NCBI RefSeq assembly: GCF_009914755.1
Contig: NC_060935.1
From: the human T2T-CHM13v2.0 reference genome, Homo sapiens
Strand: one strand, 5' to 3'
Length of the DNA: 64,000 bases
In this document: in pieces, positions 27,841-42,404 of the stretch
Layout of the letters: every line of letters starts with the position of its first letter
Numbering within the stretch: position 1 is the stretch's first letter
Notes under the pieces: generated by a model
Database searches by the model: none
What the model was told of the DNA's origin: nothing
Seen by the model: the letters and a program-made list of their open reading frames with translations, nothing else
Position numbers and translations under genes: made by a program

Positions 27841-30800
27841 GTATTTTATGTTAATTGCAATACTTGGCATTTGAGAAAAAATTCTTAGAAAATACTGAGA
27901 ATATCATACTGATAAAAACCCTCTGCTAAATTTTTTTTAAAAAAAACACACATCGCCTGTACTCCTGAGTATCAGCGATCAGTCTAGCGTTGCCCTTTAA
28001 CTATCATTATTGTTATTGTTAAAGTGATTTTTGTTAAGTGCTATCTCTCAAGTGGTATGATTACTTGTTGAGGTCTTGTGTTGGTATTTGTCATGTGATT
28101 CTAGAAAAATCTCCCCCTTTTTGGCTCTGAGACATTCTCTAGTTGACCTCTTCCCAGAGAGAAGTTAAGGAAAATCTTCCGCTCTGATTTTTTTTTCTTT
28201 CTGCACTTAAATAATTAAATAATATCTGTGGCCTTACAACACAGGGAGGTTTCAGTGAGGAAGAAAATTCAACTGCATTTGCAAAATGTCTGAAAATTAT
28301 GGGAGAGATGTTTCTGCTTTTAGACTTGGTACGTATGTGGTCAGGTTTTCAGAGGTTTTCTATTCACCATCTGTGACGGGCCTTGTCTCCTCCTGCAACT
28401 GGTGGCAGATGTAGCCAGAGATTTTGTGAGCTTCTCAACAGCATCTTTTTCCTGCTCTTCTTCCCTTCCTCTTTGTTTGGTTTTTATTCACATGAAAATT
28501 TAAAGACCCATAAGGAAATTCAAAGTGAAAATCTATGCCCAAATAAGTCAGGATCTCAAGATGAAAATATAAGTTCTGGAAATGGAAGTTTCCTCTGCCC
28601 CCGTGGTGGTATCATAGCCAGCAGCCTCGTTCTGTGCTTTTGAAGGTTTAATGGCCTGCATGTGAAGGTAGGGGCGCACTATATATATAGTACCAGGCGT
28701 GTGGGCGCACTGGCACGGATCTGAAAAAGCGTAAGTTTGGCATTTCTAGGTTTATTTTAAACTTACAACCTTTAACGCCAGACACAGAGCTTCTTTCCCA
28801 CTTAATGTAACTATACATTGATTGCTTTTAATTAGTGTTGGATCTTTTTTGGTGTTTTGCAGCTTGGGATATATAAAAAGTCTGACTTAAATTAAAAAAA
28901 AAAAAAAGCTAACTCCTGACATTCTCACGAGTCTTGCAAAAACCAGCACGGGAGCCTTAGAAATTCTAACCTCCTCGTCCTCTTTATTTTTATCTTGAGT
29001 CAGGTGGGCCAAGAAGCAAGGGAAGAGTCCAATATAACATACTTAATGGATGGAGGTAATTTCCTTGGACTGTTTTGGCAGAAATTAAGCATCTGTATTT
29101 AGATAAAGGTAGTGGTGGGTTGGATTTTCATAGCATAAGCATAGTTGCTGAAGATCAATAATATCAAATAATGGGTTCTTGGTGAGGGGGAAAGGAAATG
29201 GGGGAGGGGTCTTTTCACTCAACAGTTTGGAAATGCTAATGATTATTTGTGGTTTTCAGCCCAGAATTCTTCATATTTGCTTGCAAGCTTCTATGGCACT
29301 GCCGAATTCTACAGTAAATATTTCGGACATCCTCAGCCCTGTTCTCCTTTCCCTTCAGTAAATTACATATTAAAGTAGCCTGGTAACTGAGCACTGGTTG
29401 CTGTGAGATAAGGGCTGGGAAATCAATATGTTTGCCATGTGGCTGCTTGTTTATGACACCTGCCTCTAGAACAGTTGAGCAATGTTCTGTTTGTTAAAGC
29501 TGCATTTCAGAAGCTTGTATCCTCCTAAAACAACCGTGATCTTACTGGGGGAGAGAGAGGTGCTACAACAGATATTGATTTTAGTTTTTCTAAGTATGGA
29601 ATTACACTTCTAAACAGTGGTCTTACAGCCTGTGATTTTTTCCCCATGAGGAGGAGATGTAGATACTCTGAATATATATATACACATACACACATATATA
29701 AAATAAATCTATTTTATAATGTTTATGATGTGGTCAGTTAAAAAAGGAGTGTAGTTTATAATAAGGAAGTGTAGGTATTATTTAGATTTATCTCCTCTCT
29801 TGGCACCTGGCTTAAAAAAAAAAAAAGTAGTAACAAGAAACATAGCAGCTGCTGGGAAACATGCATTTTAATCTAAGTCTCCAGTGTGGTTTTAGTTTAA
29901 CCAGTGGATGATACTGTAGTCTCAAGGCTTAGCCTGCTGGTGAGTCAATGGTTCTTAAAGCTGTGTGGTGTCAGCTCAAGTGAGCGAAGCAGTGTGTGGT
30001 GTGTGTGCATTGGAGGGTGAGGGGTATGAGGAGGTAGTCAGCCTTGGAGGGAGAAGGGAGACAGGCTAGGTCTTCTTCACGTGGCCTTCCATTTTGGAAA
30101 ACAGAAGCGATGATACAACTTCTCTTCTTGCCCAAGGGATTCAGTAGAAAAAAATACATTTCCAAACACATTGCGCTACAGTCATTGAACTTCAAAGTGT
30201 AAAGCATGGATTGTGTTGGTGCACTTGTGGGTGCCCATGACACACACTCTTCAATGCTCCTGTGCCTTCCTAAGAGGTGTCTGTCTTTCTCAACCCCAGT
30301 GTGTGTCCTCTGACGTCTAGTGGATTGCTGCATACACAGTCAACCCTCCTTAAAAGGTTTAAAAAGAAACATGAGCTCCCTTTTAGAGCACCCCAAAGCA
30401 GCTGCATTCTTGAGTTGGTGCCCTGCACTGGGATTCCCATGGACTGGGAACATGATCTCTTAATGACACTAATATATTCTGAGATCTGATTTTTTGTTTG
30501 TGTGTTTTTTAACCCAGGTTGGCAGGTTCTCCTTAATCAGTAGTGGCAAAATGTCTCTTTCCTTTCTCCACGTAATGCTAAATGGCTTATCCAGTCATCT
30601 CTCTCTGCTCATGGTCAGCCCGAGGTGACAGTTAAAATTGGATGGAGGTAGCTTGGGGTAGGAAGACTTGGTGATTTTGGCGGCACTGGGTCAAACCCAG
30701 GGAAACTGAAGCTGTGTCTGCACAGCTGGTTGAAAGGCTGTGTTGTGATCCAGGGATTTAAGTAAAAATATTCTTTCCTTACCACCCTCTATGCCCCCTA

Positions 30801-31349
30801 CTCCCCAGTAATATAGTAGGCATGGGGGTTGACTTATTTTGAGGGGACTAGTATGTATTTAATATTTCATCTAATTTTTGTAGCCCTGGCCTGGCTGGAT
30901 GACAAAAGTGTTTAAACTAAGACCGATTTGAGCAAGTATTTTATCCTCCCTCTCGGGAGACTATGGGCATAGAACGGTGTGGGGATTTGGAGGTGCTGGC
31001 AAGTCTGGCCCCTTTCCTCTTGCGTTTACTCAGGCACAGATGGAAAAAGATGAAACTCAATGAGGACCCTTTTGTGAGATGCGGCACATTTCGCTTTGTG
31101 GAATTATTAACCTTTTATAAGACTGGGATACTTACAAACTTACCGCAGGACCAGACAGTGACTATCAGAATCCTCTCTTCTAAAGATCAGCGATCTACAG
31201 CTTTCGCAAAACTTAAGGCTGACTTGGGAATCTAGACAGCCCCTAGTATGGTGAGTGACCCTAGAGTGGTTTTTAATGAGGAGATACTCACGGGAGCCAG
31301 CATCTCGGGGGTCCCCGGGGGGTTCATGGCCAGGAGCGTTGCAAGCTGG

Positions 31350-31655
31350 TTTGTTTGTTTGTTTGTTTTGAGACAGGGTCTTACTCTGTTGCTCAGGCTG
31401 GAGTGCAGTGGCATAATCTCGGCTCACTGCAACCTTGCTTGCTCTCCCTGGCTCAAGCAATTCTCCCACATTAGCCTCCCAAGTAGCTGGGATTACAGGT
31501 GTATGCCACCACAGCCTGCTAATTTTTAAGTTTTTTGTAGAGATGAGGTTTCACTGCATTGCCTAGGCTGATCTTGAACTCCTGGGCTCAAACAATCTTC
31601 CCTCCTTGTCCTCTTAAAGTGCTGGGATTACAGGTGTGAGCCACAGCGCGAGGCC
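31350..31655 (-). mobile_element. AluJ
   Basis: (TTTG)n tail; GAGACAGGGTCTT; GAACTCCTGGGCTCAAACAATC. Confidence 0.9.
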
Positions 31656-31874
31656 TTGTTTGGTGTTTTTGTTTGTTTGTTTGTTTGTTTTATGGATCAT
31701 TACCTATAAAGTAATTTAGAATACCCACTCATTTATGATCCAGCCTTCCCTGCATTTTCTAGCGTTGAGGTCCTTTGGGGCCATAGAAGTATGTTTTTCC
31801 AAGACTGATTGCTTCGTGTATTTAACCAGGTTTTTTGTGAAGGGTTTGATATAAACTGAGTGACTGAAGAGAGG

Positions 31875-32110
31875 AACATGGTGTGATTTGGTAGAAAGAT
31901 CTGTAATTTTGGAGTCAAGACTGGCCTAGATGGACAGCTTGGCCACTTTTAAAATTTTGTGTCCTTAGCCCCATAAACATTTTGAGATTCAGTTTTCTCT
32001 CCTGTGAATTGGGGACGATATTGCCTAACTTGTAAGGTTCTTGCAAAGATCAAATGAAAAAATACACATAGATCTCCTGGCTATTATTGGAGTGCCCAGT
32101 AAATGCTAGT
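31875..32110 (+). mobile_element. MIR
   Basis: TTTGGAGTCAAGAC...TCAGTTTTCTCTCCTGTGAATTGGGGACGATA...AAGATCAAATGA. Confidence 0.7.
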
Positions 32111-32731
32111 TGCCTTATCCTCCATTTTCTTTTTGAGAGCTGAAGACCTGATTTTATTTCCTTGCATTTTTCATGTCATTGCCTATAGGGAGATACATTC
32201 ATATATTTGTTGCTCATTTTTGTATGTGTTACAGTGGTGATAAAGAAACTGATGGTATCCCAGATGGGGAGGGGCAGGTAAGGTTTTATCAGTGGCTTTT
32301 AATTTCTTTATGAAATTGGATGTGGCTCTAGGGAATAGATGTCTCTGGGATGGTCATGTTTTCCCTTGCCTTTTGGCTCCTGCAATGAGGACCTCTTTCT
32401 GTTGGTGTGGGTCTTGTCTGAGCATGCCAGGGATGGCAGTGAACACATCGATGGTGGTTGGGACGTCCTCATTCCCAGACCTCTGGGACATACTAATTCC
32501 CAGACCTCTGAAACATGGGTCTCAGCTGCTTTGCCCTGCAGACTTGTTCTCAGTAGCTATTTACCTTTAGGAGAAAAAAAAAATCCTTAACCAAATGCTT
32601 TAGGAAGGCTTTCTTATCGTGGCTGTAAGGTGCTGGTGGGTTGTTGGCAGCCAAGTTTGGGTTTAAATCTCACTGGGGGTTGAGGCTGCTGAACTGCTAT
32701 TCCTAACATGCTCTTGTGTTTTTATGCATAG

Positions 32732-32750
32732 ACCGTCTTCTGGATCCTTG
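32732..32750 (+). other. Candidate 19-nt microexon
   Basis: Branch-point-like CCTAAC (32702-32707), T-rich tract, TGCATAG acceptor, ACCGTCTTCTGGATCCTTG, then GTGAGT donor. Confidence 0.3.
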
Positions 32751-32870
32751 GTGAGTTTTTTTTACTCTGGGGTTTTCAGGAGAAAGGTTTGTCATTCATC
32801 ATCACTCTTCTCCTTCATCACAGCAGTGGTAACAGTGGTTAGAGGGAGGAGGTAGAATCAGTTGTTCAAG

Positions 32871-32892
32871 TTCTTTTTTCTTCCAGGTAAGT
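32871..32892 (+). other. Candidate recursive splice site (juxtaposed 3'ss/5'ss)
   Basis: TTCTTTTTTCTTCCAG|GTAAGT. Confidence 0.35.
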
Positions 32893-35574
32893 CCCCCCCA
32901 CCCCCCGGCTGCCCCTGCCCTTCCGCATTTTCTGGGAAGTGAATCTATTGGGAAATGCATGGGCCTGTGTTTCTGGGATGATTTTAGCATATGTAGTAAG
33001 AGGGGTGCTTTTTGCTGATAGCCCAGGCGTTGGTCCTGTAATCCTGAGGTGTGGTTTAATAAGAGCTGAACAGTCATTTAATTATTTATTGGGTGCCTGG
33101 AGAATTTTATAGGCAGGAGAGCCTAGAGCTATTCCAGAAAAAAGGCCAATCCTAGAGCTTTTTGTGTGGCTTTCTTCTTGGGCTTGAAGTTTTTGATGCT
33201 CGCCAACATTCATAGTAGCCCCCAATGCCACCCACACATTGGGAAGGGACAATAGAGCCAGCTAAAGCTCTTTCTTTGTGTGTGCCCATATTAACCCATC
33301 TAGTCAAATGTGGGTACCCTTCCAAACCATTATGTCTTGTTCCTCTCGGCTGCTGGGAACATTAAAAGAACCTTATTTGAAGGCAAACATTACTGTATCA
33401 GTGATGCTGAAACTGGAGGTCTGTCAATGGCACTTCATTGCATTGATAATTGTTTCTGCTTTGAACCACAACACTGTGATTATTGAGGTTCGACTGTAAG
33501 GGCTGAGGGAGCCTTGAGGCCATTGAAAGCATTCTCCTGCCTTTAGGCCAGGCCTATGTTATAAGTGAGAGACAGGTGTGGAGTGTGCAGGGAGGGAATT
33601 AAGATAGATGGTGACCTGGAATTCAGAAGGTGGACCCCCACCACCCCCCAGCCTGAGACCAAAGCACAGTTTAACTCTGTCATGGGTCATGTGCAGAGGG
33701 AAGGGACTGCCCCAGAATTAGCAGTTGGCTGAACACCCTGCTTAAAAACTTTTTCTTTTCCTTTTTTTGTGAGTACCGTCCGCTTGGACTAAAGAAGTTT
33801 TGGTCGTTGTTTTCTTAATTTTGGGCTACAGAGTCTCTACCTACATTTGTGTTTTGTGTTTTGGTAACCACATGTAACAGCCGGTGGAATCTTTTTTCTC
33901 TTTGCTTTCTCTGAACTTTCCAAAGAGTAGGCCCCTATCTCTCGGGGGATTAACTCCTCGTGGCCCCTGGGTCGTTGGTGCTCCCCCACCCTGTGTCAGC
34001 ATCTAAACCTCTGCACACAGGATGTTTTCTCTAGCGCTTATCAGATGCTTTAGAAGATGCGGGGTGGAGATAGAGGTAACGTTTAACCCATCCTGGATTC
34101 CTTTCATGAACTCAGCCACAGAGCAGAGGGAGGCTTGGCTGGAGCAAACAATGTTGGGCCTTCTATTTCAAACAGAGGTGTGGGGGCTTGTGGTGGCATC
34201 AGTGGTGCACTGAACAACCCTCCCTGACCCTAGCGTGTGGGTTTGGAGCCTGGGGAATCAAAGAGAAATCTAACAAACTATTCTTTTTCACGTGTGGGCT
34301 GAATGAATGTGTGGGTTATCCACATCAGTTTCTTCTCTCTTCTCATCCTCCCTCCTTCCTCGCAGACCAGCATTTTGGCCAGGGTGCCCAGTTTGAGCTC
34401 ATTTACCAAAGGTGAATAGGGAAGGGAGTAGAAACCAAATTAGGCACCTGTCTGACAACACAAGGATCTTTTCTACAATGGTGCATTTGGATTATGCAGA
34501 GTTTTAGATTTTCTGTTTTATCCCAGGGTGAACGTGTGTAGAAAACTGGGACCTAACCATGTTCTTCTCTTCAGTCTTATGGTCATTGCTACTTTGAAGG
34601 CAGAAAGGATAAAAGTAGCATAGGGAGTGGTTTACCATAACTGCAAGTAAATACCAAGCATGTGCGAGCCTGTAGACATTGCCTGCTATTGGGGAAAGAC
34701 GGAGTTAGCTGGGGAAATACATCAGTCTTCACTCCCAGCACCCAAGATGTAAACATTTCTTACTCTTCCTGGATCAGGCTATCTCTGCTTTGCCTTTTCT
34801 TTCACCTACCTCCTTCTTTCATGGCAGGAAGGGAAAGGAAAGTACCCCCAAGCAGCCAGCAGTCAGCACTGGGGCCTCTAGGGAAGAGTGGATTGGTGTT
34901 GTTTTGCTGTGGTTTGCTGTGCGTTTTCCAGAATCTCTCTTGGATGACTATCAGATTCAGTGAAGGGATGGACCTTCAGGAAGCTGAGAGATAGGAGATC
35001 CTGTGGCCTGGGAACCCAGAGGCCTGGGCCCTGGGAACAACTCACCACAGGACTCAGCCTGCGAAATAGGAAACGTCATTGTAGCTTCTGCATCATGTTT
35101 TCCATGTTCCACTGGAAAACCATCTGTTAAATGGACATAGACCAATTCTTGCTTTTCTTCTTTCTGGTACCAAAGAGAACGGTGGTGTCTCTTGTCATCT
35201 AGATGTTCTTGTAGGGGCACCAGAGTCATTGCAACCATTTTGAGTAAAGATTGAGTCCACTGGGGCATCAGAAGGGGAGTGTGTCATTGCTGTTGTTACC
35301 ACACAGGCCGTGGTACTTGCCTTTTCCTGACCCATTTTGCAGAGCAGGCCAGCTACTTAACCCCTCGCCACCCACTCACCTGTGGAAGGCACATTTGCAA
35401 AACAATAGACCAGTTGGTAATTTGGCACTTGTTAGGTAGACATAGTGGTACATTGAGGAAGTTCCTCCTGTTAACTAACCTAGTTTTTCTTGCTGTAATC
35501 CGAATATACTTCTCTGATTTTTTGAAAAAGCCTGTGAGTGGAGCCTGGCTCGACAGCCCAAAACGCTGAATTAA

Positions 35575-35903
<329 letters not shown>

Positions 35904-36810
35904 TGACATGCTGAGTGGGGCTGCTTTTTGGTGGAGGTAACAAAAAAAGAGTTGAGGTATTGATTTTAGTTTCATTTGAGACAGCGATCTGTCCCCTCCC
36001 TGAGTTCCCTCGTTTGTTTGTAAACTGCTTAAATGAACTTTTTCCCCTGTTCCTCCATCACTCTGCTGTTCTCTTCTCCTCCTCTTATCCTAACAGTCTC
36101 ATAGGTAAACTTAGAAGGAAGACAAATACTTACAAATTGTCACCGAGGGTACCATAAAAGAGACATTTGGACAGTAGTTCTGGGGAGATCCTTGTCTTTG
36201 CTTCATGTTAATACAGAGGGATTGGGGTAGCCCAGATCACCAGGGGAAAGTGGTTTTTCTTCATTTAGCTTTTAATTGCTTTCTTTCACTTTTATGTATA
36301 AAAGATTGTCCATTTAATTAACTCAAGAATGCAATTTCAAAAACACTAATGCTTTACACATGACGGCTTTTAAAATAAAAGTAGCATTCTAATATTGCAT
36401 AATGCTTTTCTATCCCCTTCCTCTCCCCGCGTTCACCCCCACCCCTCCAGACTGTATTAACCTTTCATAGCGGAGGGTTGTTAGGAGGAAAACGCTGTTC
36501 TGGATGGTGCCTCTCTGCCTCTCCTTCCCACCAACCAAGTACAGCAGCACGACAGCCGCAGGCCTTTCTGAAGTGTTCCGTAGCTTCTGTAAGAAAGAGA
36601 CTACTCATCCCTTCCCCCTTGGCCGGTTTCATGCCTATATTTACCCTCTTTTGGGGGTCACTGTGGCTCCTACTCCCATTGCTGCCTTTTAAGAAGCATC
36701 ATTATGATGGATTACATGGGAAAATTAAAAAGAAAATAAAACCCCAACATTTAGCTCTGGTTTCTTTTGAATAATTTCATTAGAAGAAACTTGTATACAT
36801 TGGTCTATGA

Positions 36811-37230
<420 letters not shown>

Positions 37231-40200
37231 TAATGGAAGTTCCCCTGATTCCAGAATTTTCCCTTTATACCAGCTCTCATAGCCCAGTCCCTGCTAGATG
37301 GGCTTTTTATTTTTGAAAGCACAGTAGTTTCGACGAGTTTTATTTTCAACAGTTAGACTTGGGAAGGGGCAGGATGCAGATGGAGATAAATGCACATACA
37401 TATAGATGCCCCTGAGAAAGACAGCTCTGGAACCTGCTAGAGTGATCCCAGCCACGAGGCGCCAGGGCCCTGGTGATCGCTCTGATTTTCTAGGTGAGAT
37501 AAGGGAATGGAATCACAGAGGGATCAGTGACTTGCGCAAGGTCACGCTGTCAACAAGGGTCATAGCCAGAATGAGATCCACTTCCTAGGTGCATGGGAGG
37601 TATAAGCCTCACCTGCCTTGAAGCCTGCTTGTGTTTTGTTTCTGATGATATCCAGAAAAGAACTTTTTAGACCTTGTAATGTGCATTATAAAACACTTCG
37701 CATTTAGATCTAACTTCACTCCCTCAAGTCTCAGATTAAGACTGTGTTCTTGTGTTCCGTCCTCCCCAGTGATGAAATGCTTGGTTGTCTAGAGTGAACA
37801 AATCCAACAACTCTGCCAAGGGGTTCTCTGTGCAGGTCACTTTTCAAAGGGATCTTTTCTCCCTTGGTGTCTCTCCTCCAAAGAGCATGATTTCTGAGCC
37901 TACCAAAGTGATTACTGTGCTAAAATTTCCACCCTAGAAGAACTATTGTGTAGCTGTGAGAAGCGACTAAAAGATTATTTTCTTTTCCCAGGGTGGGTGC
38001 GCAACATTGACTTTTTCTCAATGTGTGATGTGGAGATATATGCATCTTGGGAGGAGATGCATAATATGTGTCTGATTCTATAATATGTTGGTAAAAATGA
38101 CCTTGGTGATGAATAATTTTCAAAGAGAAACAAAGCTGGGCTGAGAAGAGTGGAGCTTGGATTGGAGATGATGTGCAGTCTACATTTTTTGTTTTCTGTT
38201 TTATTTGAGGAGAGAGATTTTCAAATTAATTTGGAGTGAACAGAAAATACAGTGGAAATTTGGGACTTTTTTTTTTTTAAAGCCTGTGTTCCTTATAGTG
38301 GGATCCCATTTTCACCTCCTCTCCTCCCACCTTTATTATGATGATTATTATCATTATTATTATTAGTTTGTACTCAGGAAGCATTGTAAAAGATGCTGGG
38401 AGGGTTTGAATGCTGCTTGTGAGAGGAAAGGATGAGGAGACCATACGGCTTTATCATTCATTAATTCCTGGGTTCATTCATTGAGCTATTTAAACTTCTG
38501 TGTGTAAGACGGCAGCCCCAGATGGTCTTTTGGTGCCTGCATTAGCTCTGAGACCCCAGGCCCGGACAAAAGAGGGTGCACAGAGCAGCTGAGTGTGCAG
38601 AATGTTTCCAGCCGTTAGAAAGCTGCTCCCGAGTCTTTCAGCTCAGGAGCTAGAACACCTATCATCTCCAGCATCTAGAGAATCCCTTTTCAGGTCTTTT
38701 TCCTTTCTAAAAGGCTCAGTGCGAATCTGTGAGCCAGCTTCTATTACTGCAGCAGTAGTCACAGTATCTAATTTTTAGAGTGAAATTGATGGCCACGGGC
38801 TTATTTGCAGGTCTTCTTAGTAATTGCTCTCTGTCTTCTTGTTCTGGAAGGAGTTCTGTTAACACTGGTGAAAACTTTGAGCTCATCTCCCTTCTTCCCC
38901 CTCCACATTCCCCTTCCCTGCTCAACTCTCTAAAAGACCTGCAGCTATTAAGAAATTTCCAGTCTGGGCTGATGAGGCTAGATGGGGGTGGCTGCCTGGG
39001 TTGAACACCTACCGTCTGCCCGCCTCTGAATGCAGCGATGGTACACACAGCCCCATTCAGTCCCTGCAACAGGCCTCTGGCATCCTGGCATTACCGATGA
39101 GAAACTTCAGCTTTACAGAGAAGTTCAAAGAGGTTAGATGTTCAGCTCATGCTTTTAAGGTCGGTAGCTGGAAATCAAATGCAGGTTTTCCCGATTGCTT
39201 GGCCTGAGCTCTTAATGCCTTCTTGGATTTCTTTGTGGCTATTGGGACAGGCTGGCCTCAGTGTTGATGGGCAGGTAAGGGTACCCAGCCAGTCCTAGCT
39301 TCACTAAGTTGCCGCTCTGCCTACCTCCTGCGTGTGCTTCCCTAGTGGGGCTGTCCCACTTTTGGAGTGGGGACGGGGCTGATCTGTGTCCTAATCCATA
39401 ACAGGCCTAATGGAGCTGAGACCTGGCACTGCAGGAGCGGAGGCTTTGGGGTCAGTCAGGTGGAAGAAGGAGAGGAGCATGGGGCATGCCCCATCCTCCA
39501 GATGTCTGTTCTTCTAGTGGACTTCACTTTGGCCTTTCAGTAGCTCTCCATCTGAATGTGGCAGTTGTCTCAGGAATTTTGTCCTAGCATTATCTGACTT
39601 TATTGCTCTTATAGAAAATGCTGGTTCCCCAGAAATAATAGCTGGTCTGTGGTGAGTGAGGTTGGGTCATTGTGCCTTGAGGTGTGACATCTTCTTTGGC
39701 TTAGTCAGGTCTTTGGCTTGACTACAAATGTCTGCGCCTTTTCCTCACATCTCAGATTCTTGCAGCCAGGCTCTGTCCGCCATGCCCTGTTGCTCCTTAC
39801 TGTTGGAGAGACCTGGAGGTTGGTGGAGTTCTCCAAGGCTGGAGTTGGGGTACACAATGAGGCCGAGATGTTTTGCATAGTTCCTTCCATTGCCCCGATC
39901 AGGAATGTGTTCCCGCAGGATGGGTTATGGCCTGGAAGTGAGCCTAATGTAAACATCCTTGCAGAGGCCATCCTCTTAATCAAATAGAAATGGTTTGAGG
40001 GATGAGCAACTTGGGGGTGGGGGAGATAGGAAAGGAAGAGTTGGGGGAGGGGAGAGATTTAGGGATTGAACTCAGAGAGAGCTGTCTGGGGGCCATCCTT
40101 CCAGCAGTCCTGACAGAAAACTGGCTTCATGGAGTTGGTGCAGTGCAAACTGGAATGATTCTCTTAGGGAACTTGGTTCTCTCAGACAGTGTGGTATGTT

Positions 40201-41504
40201 GAGGGAAAGGAAGGAAATCATGGTTTGGCTGAACAGCTGGGCAGAGCAGCAAGGGAAACTGAAGTATGTTAGAAGAGCAGGACCGGAGGATAGAGCAGAC
40301 GGGGGCCACAGGAGGACTTCTGGAAGGAGCCCACAATTCAACTCCTTTGAGGGCCTTCAACATCTATTTAACGTTGTAACATTTTGAAATTCTATTTTGA
40401 GGGGACTAGACTCTCAGAGAAGGGGCGTGAAGAATGTGGGGGACTTAGGTGCAAATGTGTGTGCTGGGGGGCGGTATTTAGGGCTCTTGGTGGAGCCCCT
40501 CATGTCATGGAGAAGCGAACCCTTTCCACTGTGCCCCCACCCCCTTTTCCTAGCCCTATGAAGGGCTCAGACTTTCTTGGAGATGTGGAGCATTTCAGCC
40601 AGACCCTACGGTCAAAGATCAGTCACAGAGCAGTCTTCTGTGACAACCTGTGCACAGTCCCCCAAGGCAGCAATCTGGGGTCACCAGGGAAGTTACTGTT
40701 ACTAATCTGACCTGGGAAGTTTTCTTTTTCGTAGGGGAATCTAGAAATACTCCAGGGAAAGCCACGGCCAAGCCTTTGCCCAGCCAGTAAACTTTTAGGG
40801 CTTTTGCGTGAGGTTGGTTTAGAAGAATTTGCCGATGCCAAGGCTGCTATGTTGGTTTCACTGATGCAGGTTTAAAGAAGGAGGGCCAGTGAGACCTCGG
40901 GAATAGGAAGGCAGAGGAAACCTTTCTATTCTGATGTCTTCAAGTCTTGGTGCTTGAATGTGCCAAGGAGAGTGAGGATGTAAATAATTTAGTTTGCCTT
41001 CAGGATGCAGGATCTAATCTAAACATGATTAAGCTGATTTGATTTTATAGATTGGAATTTATAAGTGATAGAAACTGATGAGGTTAATGTGAAATATTTA
41101 CGTAATAAAAAGCTTCATTACCTGATGCTGAAGGGTAGAGGGAGAAAATATTCTTGGCAACATGTTTAATCTTTTGGAAATGAAGTTGGGTTAAAGTTTT
41201 CTTTGTAAAAACTGAATTCTGTGATCTTGTTTTTACACATGCTGTGCTTAAATATTAACACCAATTGAGCAAATTGCCTTTTAACTGCCTTTATTTGCTT
41301 TCATTAACAGTATAATTTAAAAGCTCAAGAATTTGCATGGAACCTGTTGTGCATGTTGGGGGGAAAACTATTCATAAATTAATTAATCGTGAGAACATTA
41401 TCTTTAAGGAAGGTCACAAAACATGAGCATGATTTCCAAAAAGCAGTGACATGTTTTTGCCGTTTCTTGGGGACGTGATGTACTTTTGGCTTAGAGATCT
41501 GTGC

Positions 41505-41539
<35 letters not shown>

Positions 41540-41546
41540 ACGCGCG
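41505..41546. repeat. (TG)n microsatellite ending in CACGCGCG
   Basis: 42 bp of uninterrupted alternating purine/pyrimidine. Confidence 0.95.
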
Positions 41547-42404
41547 AGATAACTTGGCTGGATCAAGAAAAATTTTAATGACTGGGCATGTTTTAAGTTA
41601 AGTTGAGTGAACCTAATTACACTGTAGTTTCCAGAGAGCTAAAGGCAATAATACCATTGGTATTTAAGCACTAGTTTGAAAATTAAAGCCAACCTATATA
41701 ATTGGCTGTGCTCCTTAGATGGTTTATTTCTTTCTTCCCTCCATTTCTGAAATCCCCCTTTTCTTTCTCTTTCACATTTAAACCAATAGAGAGAAAGAGA
41801 GAAACTGCCTAGCGCTGCGAACCACAAGACGGTCCTTCCAGTGGGGAACATTAACTGCATTGTCCTCTCATGAAATGACGCTAAATAATGTTAAAGGTTT
41901 CCAGTATGATTTCACTGAAATTGGTTGCTTCCTTCTGTACAGATGTTTTTGTGGTATAGAACCTCAGCCAAGGCAAACATTATGAATGAGATGCAGAGAC
42001 CACCATGTCCTATGAAGGGCTGAGAGTTCCTTTGGGAGTTATTTTACTTGTGATTCTGACACCTCTGTTTTGACAAAGCTTCATTCTTTCAGTCTCTTCT
42101 TTCCGTCTCCCTCTCCTGGTGCTATTGGTTTGTTGTGGGTGGTTTTCCTAATTAAGTTAATCTGCAACCTAGTTTTTCTGGGTCCACAGATGCCAGAATG
42201 CTGAATTTATTTATCTTGAATGTTTTTGTTGGCTACTGTTGAGACACATTCTTCCTCTTCCCCTTTTACCCCAAGTCTGTTTTAAACATTTTTTTTTTGA
42301 GGCTTCCAGACGCACTTCAATAAAGAAAGAATTTCTCTCTGGTGTCCATTTGTCAATTTTTTTGTGGGGGATGTATATTGTAAATAATATAATAGATATG
42401 TAAA

